Of a stretch of 64,000 nucleotides of DNA, positions 41,391 through 54,106 are shown piece after piece; positions within the stretch are counted from its first letter, which is position 1; every line of letters starts with the position of its first letter. The notes below the pieces were generated by a model. It did no database searches. It was not told the DNA's origin and was given only the letters and a program-made list of their open reading frames with translations. This DNA is from Eledone cirrhosa (taxonomy: Eukaryota): assembly GCA_964016885.1 (NCBI GenBank), contig OZ024742.1:201004001-201068000 (forward strand), read 5' to 3'. Position numbers and translations under genes: made by a program.

Positions 41391-43007
41391 AGGAACCAGT
41401 AAGACCCCGACAGCTGAGCTCAAGCCGTTTCGACGGCTAATTCTGGACTAAATGAAAATTTATCCTGGTATTTAAATAGCCGATCTTCTCAAGGGGTAAT
41501 TCCATATATGGTCAAAGTGATTGTCAAAAATCAGTAGTAATTCTGTGGTTGCAAATTAGTAGGGGAGATGGTGGCTAAACCTGCCAGTAGGAGAAAGAGG
41601 GGAGGGAGTGGAGTAGACCCAATCAAGCATTTGTAGTGCCAGCTACAGCTGGGCATGAGGTCAAAGAAGATACATGGGAGGGGGAGGGGGAGGAAGTCGG
41701 AACGGTAGGTAGAACAATGGGGGGTAGAAATATATAGGAAAGAAAAAATACTGAGAGTGAAGAAAAGCAAATAAGTGTAAAGAAAAACAAAAGAGTGTAA
41801 AGAAAAAAGTAAAGTAAATTAAATTCTACGACCTAGGTCTCTAGATATTGTTAGGCTAGAATAAATAAATAAATAAAGAAAGAAAGAAAGAAGTAAAGAA
41901 AGAAATAAAGAAATAACGAAATAAGTAAAAGAACTAGGTGGGACGGATTAGGCGAGGACCCTTTTAAGAGGTATAAGTACGTAAATGATACGGTGACGGG
42001 TCAGCAAAAGGGGCCAAAATACTAAAGAGACTACCACGAAATAAACAATAAAGGTTTCCATCCCGGGCACAATTCCAGCAACCACGCAGTGCAGCAAAGT
42101 GAACTAATACGAGATAATAATTCAGAGTCCCGAGAAAAATATATACTAAAGCTAACTCTAAAAGATCTAAAACAAGCTACATGAAAGTTCGTACGAAGTA
42201 AAGGTGGAAAAATAAATTCAGAATCCACCCCGCCCAAAAGAAAAGCGAAGAAAGAAATACTGAAACGAAAAAATAAGGCATAAGTGCCACTAAGAAATAT
42301 AGAGGGCACAGAGAATAGTGGGAGCGGTCGGAAAAAGGGGACAAGTATCCGGGGTCTAAACCAACTGCTATAAAGGGCGGAGTCCGCCAAATCTATCCTA
42401 GACTAGGGGAGGGGGTGGGGGTACTAAGGCTACAAGGGGCCAAAGGGCAGCCTCGGGTGGGCGAGAAAAGACGCCGACAAAGGAGAAGAGCTGGGGTAGA
42501 AGGACTAAGGAGAGAGGGGGGAAGGAAGGAAATAAAGGAAGCGATAAAAGAATACAAAGAAGATCTTACGTCTCCCTTGGCAAGCAGGGGTTACCCATAG
42601 CAAAATCGGCAAGTGGGGTGTTATAGCCCTAGTCTACCCCCCCCCGGGTAGTATTTTTTCTTTCCTATATATTTCTACCCCCCATTGTTCTACCTACCGT
42701 TCCGACTTCCTCCCCCTCCCCTGTATCTTCTTTGACCTCATGCCCAGCTGTAGCTGGCACTACAAACGCTTGATTGGGTCTACTCCACCCCCTCCCCTCT
42801 TTCTCCTACTGGCAGGTTTAGCCACCATCTCCCCTACTAATTTGCAACCACAGAATTACTACTGATTTTTGACAATCACTTTGACCATATATGGAATTAC
42901 CCCTTGAGAAGATCGGCTATTTAAATACCAGGATAAATTTTCATTTAGTCCAGAATTAGCCGTCGAAACGGCTTGAGCTCAGCTGTCGGGGTCTTACTGG
43001 TTCCTAT
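41390..43007. mobile_element. Large inverted insert with U3-A8 variant HHRs
   Basis: ~41390-41752 is the reverse complement of ~42650-43007; HHRs at 41404-41497 (-) and 42899-42992 (+). Confidence 0.85.
42899..42992 (+). ncRNA. Type I HHR with compensatory U3-A8 core
   Basis: acccc TTGAGAA ga-t-cggcta...tagccg-tc GAAA cggct-tgagctc-agctg TC ggggt; GUC triplet. Confidence 0.8.
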
Positions 43008-43110
43008 TACCCACTCTACTACCTCAAGTAGTGAGTACTTTGGTGCGTTATGGTCCACCTGGTTCCTTACCACATTTCCTTCGTTATATGTATATATATA
43101 TATATGTGTG

Positions 43111-43155
<45 letters not shown>

Positions 43156-43351
43156 GTGTGTGTATATATAATATATGTGTATATATATGTATATGTGTAT
43201 GTATGTATATATATATATGTATATGTGTGTATGTATATGTGTATATATGTATGTGTGTATGTGTATATATGTGCGTATATGTGTATATATGTGTATGTCT
43301 GTATATATGTATGTATGTGTGTGTGTATGTATATATATGTATATATATAAG

Positions 43352-43388
<37 letters not shown>

Positions 43389-43534
43389 ATAACATATATG
43401 TTAATTATGTTAATCAATTTCTAGTTATTATAAAATGCTCGAACCTATTCGTTAGAATCTTAGAGCTTATTTTGCGGGTGATATGGCGCATGTCTTTCTG
43501 GCATGACACCCATAATTTTGATTATCTTAATTTT

Positions 43535-43714
<180 letters not shown>

Positions 43715-43851
43715 TCAGGTTTGAGGTTCACCACTGGATAGAGCTGGTCAATTCCGTATGGTCAATCTAAATGTAATAATATGGAGAGTACTCAACGTAA
43801 AGCAGTTCAACCGTCTTTGTTTTTGTAGTTGGTGGTGCTATTACGGAGTTA

Positions 43852-44137
43852 AATATTATAATGAAATGACAGGAGGCTGGACTTGTGTAAATGCTTGAAA
43901 GGTTTATTATACTATGATTATTTCAATGACGACCGGCAAAGGTGGAAGATGTTGGATGGCGGTCGTCCTCCGGGCTTTGATTTTCAGCTCCATGGATTTT
44001 ATCTATTACATTCATTTATTATATTTCGAATACCTGATGATATCACCGGATTCATACGGAACCCGGTCATTGAAATTATCATAGTATAATACACCTTTCA
44101 AGGATTTATACAAGTCCAGCCTCCTGTCATTTCATTA

Positions 44138-44145
<8 letters not shown>
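43852..44145. mobile_element. Inverted insert with minimal HHR at 44030-44087 (+)
   Basis: Arms ~43852-43930 / ~44066-44145; atac CTGATGA tatc-accgg..ccggt-catt GAAA ttatca TA gtat. Confidence 0.75.
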
Positions 44146-44178
<33 letters not shown>

Positions 44179-44182
<4 letters not shown>

Positions 44183-44416
44183 AAAGTTTGTCCTTCATCA
44201 GTGATCTTCCAACCATCATAGGCATTTCATCGCTTTAAAGACCATATACCTCCGGTTGGTGCGAGCAACGGCTAAAAAAAGTCGTTGGGACACGTAAATA
44301 AAGGGGACGTATATGGTCTTTAAAGCGATGAAATGCCTATGATGGTTGGAAGATCACTGATGAAGGACAAACTTTTTTCATATGTAACCCATTTGCAACT
44401 CCGCAGCGCCCTTATT

Positions 44417-44420
<4 letters not shown>
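44179..44420. mobile_element. Inverted insert in (TA)n, family of 30892-31630
   Basis: ~44179-44248 is the reverse complement of ~44310-44380. Confidence 0.75.
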
Positions 44421-44447
<27 letters not shown>

Positions 44448-44454
<7 letters not shown>

Positions 44455-44499
44455 ATCGAATAATGTACACCATTTTACCAGGGGGAAAAAAATACTGGT

Positions 44500-44546
<47 letters not shown>

Positions 44547-44578
44547 TACACACGCGTACATCAACATACACATAGACT

Positions 44579-44645
<67 letters not shown>

Positions 44646-45040
44646 TTGTTGTGAAAGAGTCATTTCTCAATCTTGGCGCAAAACCAATTTTTTATTCACA
44701 TGACCTCTACCGACCAATCAAAATTGTTTTGACTACAAGAATTTTTGCAAATTGGAGCCACTTTTTTAACATAAAAACAGGTAGAATTCCCAAAACTAAT
44801 CAGATCAGAGCAAACAGCACGGACACTCTATCTCAAAATTATTTTTGAAAAGCATTTAGAAATGCACAACCGGTAAAAACTTAAAAACTTGAAACCACAA
44901 CTGAATACTAACCCATACAATCACTAATACTCTTTTATTCCTAATTAAACCATTTTTCAACTGTGAACTATTTGTCAGCATTTTCTATTCCGTTTACCAA
45001 TATATAATAACTTGTGTGTCACACCTCTATTCTTTTAACT
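44448..45040 (+). mobile_element. Solo 3' segment of the PLE family at 1772-4228
   Basis: High similarity to 3890-4228 and to the reverse complement of ~1772-2680; flanked by (TA)n. Confidence 0.85.
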
Positions 45041-45981
45041 ATATATATATATATAGTTAGGGAATTATGGGCATCACTCATATTCCTTTTCGAGTTCTCT
45101 GGGATTCGTGGGAGGATGGGTTATGCCTAAGCCGGAGGACTTGGGAGGACTGAGGGTGTTATGCCCAAGCCGGAGACCGTCTCGGAGTATTTGCAACAAA
45201 TGAACTCAGCTAATGACTACCAAGGGCCATGTAGTGTTGTTATACTGAAGGACAAATTAAGAGAACAACGCAATTAAGCTGGAAATAGCCAAAATAAATA
45301 CCGCAAGGCGTCTCCTGCCCTACCCTTCTAACAGCCTCAGCAATACTTCCCCACTGGATCGGTAATTATTTCATCCACATCGACAAAGAAGAAAGGCAAT
45401 GGATTAAGTCGTACCACCTACGTAAGCCATACTGGGATTTTGACCAGAGCAACAGCAACATATACAACAGCAACAACAAGAACTACAATAATAATACCCC
45501 CCACCCCGCACCACCACCAATATATATATACATATATATATGTGTGTGTGTGTGTGTATATGTATGTATGTATGTATATATAAATAAATAAATAAATAAA
45601 GACAATAATAAAAAAAAGCAGCAACAACGATAATAGCAGCAATGCTATTACAACAACAGCAACAACAATAATACTTACTACAGCAGCAGCAACAACAGTA
45701 TCAACACTAAAAACACCACTATTATAACAACAATAAAACTAACAAATAAACAATAATAATTACAACAACAACTTGATTCATCAGCTATTAATCTAATACA
45801 TTATCCTTCCGGCCAATTAGCCTCTGAATATATTAACAATGGAGGCTAATTAACTGAATATATTACTGTTGGTGTTGACGTTGTTTAGCCCTAGATTAAT
45901 CTGGAACGAACATAGATCACGTTCAAAGAAGTTCTAAACATAATCATCCTTTTTTAATGAAATGAAGTCTTTACTAATAAA

Positions 45982-46162
45982 CTAGCAGAATGGCCCGGCG
46001 TTGCTCGGTATTTGCTCTAGGGTTCTTATTTATTTGTATATATTTATCCTTATCGAGCCTCCCTTAACGGGATCTTCTGAAACTAAAAAAATCAATCTGT
46101 GAACGCAGAAGTAAATATTTCGAAAAACGTTACACACTATATATATAGATAAACACACACAC

Positions 46163-46232
<70 letters not shown>

Positions 46233-46511
46233 TAGCGACGTCATAATGTCGTAATGCAGACAGCCAGACATACAGACATATATTATAAGGGCGCAACGTT
46301 ATATCTATGTATCTATCTAAAAAGAGAGACTAGAGAGAGATCGCTAAATCACCTAATGCGGTCACTAGGACATTGGAAATTTAAAATATCTTTTGCTCAA
46401 AACACTTACAGGACCATAAGTAAAGTTTGAAAAGAATCGGTTGGGTGGTTCTCGAGTTTTAGGGAGTCAGACAAACAGACAGACAGATATTCTCTGATTT
46501 AGATATATAGA
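45982..46511 (-). mobile_element. Non-autonomous Helitron (copy of 24562-25226)
   Basis: Minus strand A|TCtatatatct...ccgagcaacgccgggccattctgCTAG|T; no TSD. Confidence 0.85.
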
Positions 46512-46776
46512 TTACTCCATTTTCCTTGTTGAAGATGGCAAAGGCTGATTTGAGGGAGATTTGGCTGCTATTGTTAGCAGTTCTAGTGACCACGCTGGGG
46601 ATTTATTTTTGCCTGATTATATTGTTGTCGTTGGCGTTAGTTGTAATGTTTCGGTTTCGCCTCATGTTAACTCTCACCCCGAAGACCAATTATCACAAAG
46701 TATTTCAGACATGACAATCACGTCTATTTTTTTCTGTATACTGTGTACCACTTAGACAATATTATCTATATACAAG

Positions 46777-46962
46777 AGCGGTGGATTGGCAGTATCAGTA
46801 GAGGGTCGGACGCCATGCTTTCCAGCATAGTTACGTCCCTTTACGATCTAAGTTCAAATCCCGCCGAGGTTGACTTTGCCTTTCATCCTTACGAGGTCGA
46901 TAAAATAAAGTACCAGTAATGCACTGGGTAATTGCTGGTCTTGTGCCTAAGGTAGAAACAAT
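46777..46962 (+). mobile_element. tRNA-type SINE with 19-bp target-site duplication
   Basis: attatctatatacaagagc at 46761-46779 and 46961-46979. Confidence 0.9.
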
Positions 46963-49198
46963 TATCTATATACAAGAGCTTAGTTTCAGAGAGATTGATC
47001 TGTTGCTTCTCGTTGATGTTCAGTCCTGACTGAGCGGTACCATGATCAAAGACATTCCAACATAACCATCTCGTCCTTAATCTAGACACATTACATTCAT
47101 AACCACTTTAAACAATGTGTCTCTTTTTAGACAAAAAGAGTGTAGTTTGATAACACTTAGTTGTTATTTTTCGATGTTTATGTACAGATAAGCCAAGATC
47201 AAGCTGACTCATGCTCAATGATTTAATACCTAAATCTATAAGGATTCTTTATCCTGAAACAGCTCACTTAGGACTACATATTTCAATATGTCCTTCTTTA
47301 TACAGAGATTATAGTCCTCTGACGAATTGGCAGATACACTTTAATGTCTAGCACAGAGACGTGTTGTTTTATCTTTCTGCCTGTCCTACCACAACTACAG
47401 TGGCCTGTAATCTTCGGAGAAGTCACGCCGATCTCAAACCACCTTCAGTGCTTAATTTTCTAATCCCTGCACTGACCTCTAGACACAAACTTCCCTACCT
47501 AAATGTCAGCCTTTATGGAATCCCTTCTTTGCTTATATTTCCCCCTATGCGTCGACATGTAACACTTAAAATACAATACAAATTGCATCAATCTACCGGT
47601 CTCAGAAGCACATTTTTACAGATCTACCAAATTAAATAACAAAAATGTAGACTGTGATCGATTTAGCTACCACTTCTATGGTATAGAATGAACACGAAGA
47701 AATTCCCTTATTGGCAGATCATGATCACCGCAGTTTTTAAGTCCATTTTCTCATGCTCGAATGGAGCTTATCTTGGTGTCATCTGGTGTTAAATGACTGG
47801 CAGTCCAGTCAATCGCATAGTTAAATTCCAGTTGATGCTGCTGATAGTATATATTTCAGTTGATTTGGCTAGAGCAATGTGAAATGAAGCACCATTCTCA
47901 AGGATACATCGTCTTCCCCACTGCAGAGATCACGCCCATGACTTTACGATCATTAAATCAACATCGTATTCCCCTACTCACACGATTTCACCCAGTGGTT
48001 AATATAACTGAATATAGCTGAGCTGGTAGTGAATATACATTTTATTCAATAAATATATTATGGTGTCTAACTATCTTTGCTCTCTCTATTTTGCATGGAT
48101 AGTTACATGAGTAGTTACGTGTGGCATTGAATTAGAAACATTGATTATTTTGGTAATCTATAAACTATTGTACCAGTCTAGCGGGTTAGATTGACAAAAT
48201 TGTTAGGGCATTGATCGCATTATTTGTTCTGGCTTTCTGCTCTTTGAGTTCAAGCTGCGTCATGGTCAAATTTATCTTGTATTTCGAGGGCCTTTAAAAC
48301 AAATTCTCAGTCCAGTGTGGTAGATTGGCAGGATAGTTAGAGCGTCGGAAGAGCTGCCTTGTGGAGTTGTTTGTTCCACTCCTTTGAGTTCTGAGTTGAT
48401 ATTTCACTCTAGCCTATTTCGGTGGTTGAATTCACACGCCAACCATTTGACTACTCCATTGTAAGCATTCTGACCAGATCTCTGGTTTGAAAATATCTTA
48501 CTCTCTCTCTAACAACAGTCTCGGAGGTCCTGCTATTATATACTCATTGCTATTATATCCTTGACGAAATACAAAAAAGTGGAAAAAAAAAGAAATGTTG
48601 TTCCGAACAATACTTGTGTTTAAAATAAATGTTGTTGCTACTGTAGTTGTTGCTTTTGGTTTACAAACTCAGGTCAGCCAAGGAATATGAATTAAAGAGA
48701 AAGAGTCGATCATTGGAGTGGACCAAGGAAACAACATTTCCATCTATCTTTCCGTCTGCTCATCGCAACTCTTGGCACTCTGGGTCAGATTAGCAAAGCA
48801 TCACATCTGACACTTTAATTCCACCAAACAATAGTTCTCTGGACTGGTTTATTAAGGTCGAGAAAATAAAGTGCAAAGTTGACCTTGGCGGGATTTGAAC
48901 TCAGAGCGCAGTTATCCGGAACAAATAGCGAATCATTTAATGTGACGTTAATGACTCTGTCATAATGAAATGTGTGAAGGGTTAAACTAAAATCTCTTGT
49001 GAGGTAACAGTTATTCATAGGTGTGATGCATGCTGGAGCGGTAGGCTTTTTTACGGCGTTTTTATGGCATTTTAAATCCTTGCGGAAAACATCTCCTCTC
49101 CAGGTCTCAATACTACAGATTTCTTCCAGAGAGGGATAGAGAATAAGAGAATGGAAGTGAGAAAGAGATATCGAGTAAGTATCGATCCCAGTAATTGA

Positions 49199-49328
49199 CT
49201 GGTACTTTTTTATCGACCTCGAATGAATGAAAGGCAAGTGACCTCATCGGGATTTGAACTCAGAGGAGTTCAAATCCCGATGAGGTCACTTGCCTTTCAT
49301 TCATTCGAGGTCGATAAAAAAGTACCAG
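49199..49328. repeat. Perfect 63-bp inverted duplication inside a SINE
   Basis: 49199-49261 is the exact reverse complement of 49266-49328; 4-nt spacer. Confidence 0.9.
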
Positions 49329-50024
49329 CAGAGAGCCGAAACGAATAGCACAACGCATTCTATCCGACGATCTGACGACCCTGCCAATTCGCCACCTCAT
49401 ATATGTGTTATACATTAGTGTTAAGGTGCGAAGATTAGTGGTTCGAATGTTCCTTTCCCGGTGATCCATCCTGTCGTTGAGTAAGACGCTTACTGGCAAA
49501 ATTGCGTTGTACATGTACTTCAATGGGCCAGCCCCGACACACACGGTGTCACGCTGAATATACTTGAGAATAACGTCAAGTGTATACGTATGTATCTGTG
49601 GAATGCTCAGCCATTTGTATCCTAATTTCATGAGCAGGATGTTTCAAGGATTGAACTAATTGGAAACCTCGTTGTCAAACCGATAGAGGTCCAAAACAAC
49701 ATGGAAATAAGTTGCACGCATCTATAAGAATTACAAATTGTTACAAATTTGTCGACAGGGACTCAATTGCGCAGGTGATCAATATTTGACACTGTCTTTG
49801 AATGTACGTAAGACTTCATGTAATTAGCTGATCTCTCTATCCACGACATTTCTGTAATATGTACGTTTATAAATTCCTACATAGCTACCTACATACATAC
49901 ATAAATATATACATACATATATATATACATATATACATATATACATAATACTTACACATACACACATACATACATAATATATACATTCATACATACATAA
50001 ACACCTTTCTACCGACATACATAT

Positions 50025-50061
<37 letters not shown>

Positions 50062-50354
50062 CATATATTCATAATACTTACACATACATACATGCATACA
50101 TACATAATATATACATACATACTTACATATATTCATATATACATACATATATACATGCATATATTTATTTTCATTTATATGCAGTCCAAAGGCGTTAATG
50201 AAATATGCGTAATTTACATACGTGTATGTGTATAAACATGATCACCGAATCTTAACTTGATTAATGCATATATCAAGTGAAACACACACACACACAACTG
50301 CGCGCGCATATATATATATATATATATATACAAATATATATATCTGCATGCAGC

Positions 50355-50409
<55 letters not shown>

Positions 50410-50419
50410 GTGTGTGTGT

Positions 50420-50483
<64 letters not shown>

Positions 50484-51025
50484 TTGTGTGTGCTTCTGTG
50501 TGACTACTGGTAACATGTAACCCAGTACAACCTGTGGCATGCTCGGGTCGTCGGCGACTAAACCGGCAACCCCACCAAGTTTACTTGGTGAGGAGAGTGA
50601 TTTTAGACACCCTGCAGGTCAAAAAACAAAACCTGACAAAGACCGGCAGAACTCATGAGTCAACGGCCATCCGAAAGTGTGTAAATATGTATACACACAT
50701 GTACCGCACGGTTAAACCACTGGAAGTGAAGGACTCCTAGCCTTTGTCAGGGCACTCTTCCAGGAAAAGGCAACTCAGGAAACTGGGATAACTCCGATAT
50801 AAAACCTGCGGCTCAGTAGTTACCGATGATGTTGATCTTTTCTTCTTTTCGGGTTATAGCTACTGTCGCTCAGAGAGTGGGATTGGCTCAGTGCACAGTC
50901 TTTCCTCACTTTAAAAAATATCTTCACGCACAGGCATTGCACGATAGAATTAATTAATAATTATTAATAATGGTATATCGTTATATCGTGCAATGGCCAT
51001 ACTCGATAACGAGGGGGCAACCATC

Positions 51026-51094
<69 letters not shown>

Positions 51095-51214
51095 TATAGA
51101 CATAGAATATTCGAAAATATTCTGTATGTTTATAATAAACATTTTGAAGACCTAATCGCTATAGAATAGAATACGTCACGTATTACAATTAGATTCTCGA
51201 TAAAAGCAAGGGAA

Positions 51215-51257
51215 GTAATCTACGCGTTTCATTCTTGTTAGAATTCATCAGGACTAC
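51215..51257 (-). ncRNA. Minimal type I HHR (first of 9 minus-strand copies, every 310 bp)
   Basis: Reverse complement of gtagtc CTGATGA attc-taacaa-gaat GAAA cgcg TA gattac. Confidence 0.9.
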
Positions 51258-54063
51258 ATATCCAGTGCTTTTATCGAGAATGACACAGCTAGAGACTTAT
51301 AGAATACTTAGCTGTGTACAGGAACTGGTTTGAAAGAGCGGTTGCCGGTCCGGCAGAAATTAGAAATTGGAATAAATGCTCTGAAATAGCGATATATATG
51401 TGAATATAGACATAGAATATTCGAAAATATTCTGTATGTTTATAATAAACATTTTGAAGACCTAATCGCTATAGAATAGAATACGTCACGTATTACAATT
51501 AGATTCTCGATAAAAGCAAGGGAAGTAATCTACGCGTTTCATTCTTGTTAGAATTCATCAGGACTACATATCCAGTGCTTTTATCGAGAATGACACAGCT
51601 AGAGACTTATAGAATACTTAGCTGTGTACAGGAACTGGTTTGAAAGAGCGGTTGCCGGTCCGGCAGAAATTAGAAATTGGAATAAATGCTCTGAAATAGC
51701 GATATATATGTGAATATAGACATAGAATATTCGAAAATATTCTGTATGTTTATAATAAACATTTTGAAGACCTAATCGCTATAGAATAGAATACGTCACG
51801 TATTACAATTAGATTCTCGATAAAAGCAAGGGAAGTAATCTACGCGTTTCATTCTTGTTAGAATTCATCAGGACTACATATCCAGTGCTTTTATCGAGAA
51901 TGACACAGCTAGAGACTTATAGAATACTTAGCTGTGTACAGGAACTGGTTTGAAAGAGCGGTTGCCGGTCCGGCAGAAATTAGAAATTGGAATAAATGCT
52001 CTGAAATAGCGATATATATGTGAATATAGACATAGAATATTCGAAAATATTCTGTATGTTTATAATAGACATTTTGAAGACCTAATCGCTATAGAATAGA
52101 ATACGTCACGTATTACAATTAGATTCTCGATAAAAGCAAGGGAAGTAATCTACGCGTTTCATTCTTGTTAGAATTCATCAGGACTACATATCCAGTGCTT
52201 TTATCGAGAATGACACAGCTAGAGACTTATAGAATACTTAGCTGTGTACAGGAACTGGTTTGAAAGAGCGGTTGCCGGTCCGGCAGAAATTAGAAATTGG
52301 AATAAATGCTCTGAAATAGCGATATATATGTGAATATAGACATAGAATATTCGAAAATATTCTGTATGTTTATAATAAACATTTTGAAGACCTAATCGCT
52401 ATAGAATAGAATACGTCACGTATTACAATTAGATTCTCGATAAAAGCAAGGGAAGTAATCTACGCGTTTCATTCTTGTTAGAATTCATCAGGACTACATA
52501 TCCAGTGCTTTTATCGAGAATGACACAGCTAGAGACTTATAGAATACTTAGCTGTGTACAGGAACTGGTTTGAAAGAGCGGTTGCCGGTCCGGCAGAAAT
52601 TAGAAATTGGAATAAATGCTCTGAAATAGCGATATATATGTGAATATAGACATAGAATATTCGAAAATATTCTGTATGTTTATAATAAACATTTTGAAGA
52701 CCTAATCGCTATAGAATAGAATACGTCACGTATTACAATTAGATTCTCGATAAAAGCAAGGGAAGTAATCTACGCGTTTCATTCTTGTTAGAATTCATCA
52801 GGACTACATATCCAGTGCTTTTATCGAGAATGACACAGCTAGAGACTTATAGAATACTTAGCTGTGTACAGGAACTGGTTTGAAAGAGCGGTTGCCGGTC
52901 CGGCAGAAATTAGAAATTGGAATAAATGCTCTGAAATAGCGATATATATGTGAATATAGACATAGAATATTCGAAAATATTCTGTATGTTTATAATAAAC
53001 ATTTTGAAGACCTAATCGCTATAGAATAGAATACGTCACGTATTACAATTAGATTCTCGATAAAAGCAAGGGAAGTAATCTACGCGTTTCATTCTTGTTA
53101 GAATTCATCAGGACTACATATCCAGTGCTTTTATCGAGAATGACACAGCTAGAGACTTATAGAATACTTAGCTGTGTACAGGAACTGGTTTGAAAGAGCG
53201 GTTGCCGGTCCGGCAGAAATTAGAAATTGGAATAAATGCTCTGAAATAGCGATATATATGTGAATATAGACATAGAATATTCGAAAATATTCTGTATGTT
53301 TATAATAAACATTTTGAAGACCTAATCGCTATAGAATAGAATACGTCACGTATTACAATTAGATTCTCGATAAAAGCAAGGGAAGTAATCTACGCGTTTC
53401 ATTCTTGTTAGAATTCATCAGGACTACATATCCAGTGCTTTTATCGAGAATGACACAGCTAGAGACTTATAGAATACTTAGCTGTGTACAGGAACTGGTT
53501 TGAAAGAGCGGTTGCCGGTCCGGCAGAAATTAGAAATTGGAATAAATGCTCTGAAATAGCGATATATATGTGAATATAGACATAGAATATTCGAAAATAT
53601 TCTGTATGTTTATAATAAACATTTTGAAGACCTAATCGCTATAGAATAGAATACGTCACGTATTACAATTAGATTCTCGATAAAAGCAAGGGAAGTAATC
53701 TACGCGTTTCATTCTTGTTAGAATTCATCAGGACTACATATCCAGTGCTTTTATCGAGAATGACACAGCTAGAGACTTATAGAATACTTAGCTGTGTACA
53801 GGAACTGGTTTGAAAGAGCGGTTGCCGGTCCGGCAGAAATTAGAAATTGGAATAAATGCTCTGAAATAGCGATATATATGTGAATATAGACATAGAATAT
53901 TCGAAAATATTCTGTATGTTTATAATAAATGCTATTTCAGAGCATTTATTCCAATTTCTAATTTCTGCCGGACCGGCAACCGCTCTTTCAAACCAGTTCC
54001 TGTACACAGCTAAGTATTCTATAAGTCTCTAGCTGTGTCATTCTCGATAAAAGCACTGGATAT

Positions 54064-54106
54064 GTAGTCCTGATGAATTCTAACAAGAATGAAACGCGTA
54101 GATTAC
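54064..54106 (+). ncRNA. Minimal type I HHR (first of 6 plus-strand copies, every 310 bp)
   Basis: Stem I gtagtc/gattac; core CTGATGA (54070-54076); stem II attc/gaat; GAAA (54091-54094); palindrome ACGCGT; predicted cleavage after GUA at 54100. Confidence 0.92.

Noticed and set aside
42570-42610. FAMGNPCLP resembling PLE RT motif B on the minus strand
   Set aside because: No other RT motifs in the flanking frames; likely chance.
44325-44370. Permuted (type II-like) HHR: GAAA..TA-tgat..atca-CTGATGA, also ~30932-30975 and ~31457-31500
   Set aside because: Core words are present, but stem II does not pair next to the core and the cleavage triplet is not conserved among copies.
50526-50945. 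Possible RTE LINE 5' end or HDV-like ribozyme next to the array
   Set aside because: Could not trace a nested double pseudoknot or a coding frame by eye.
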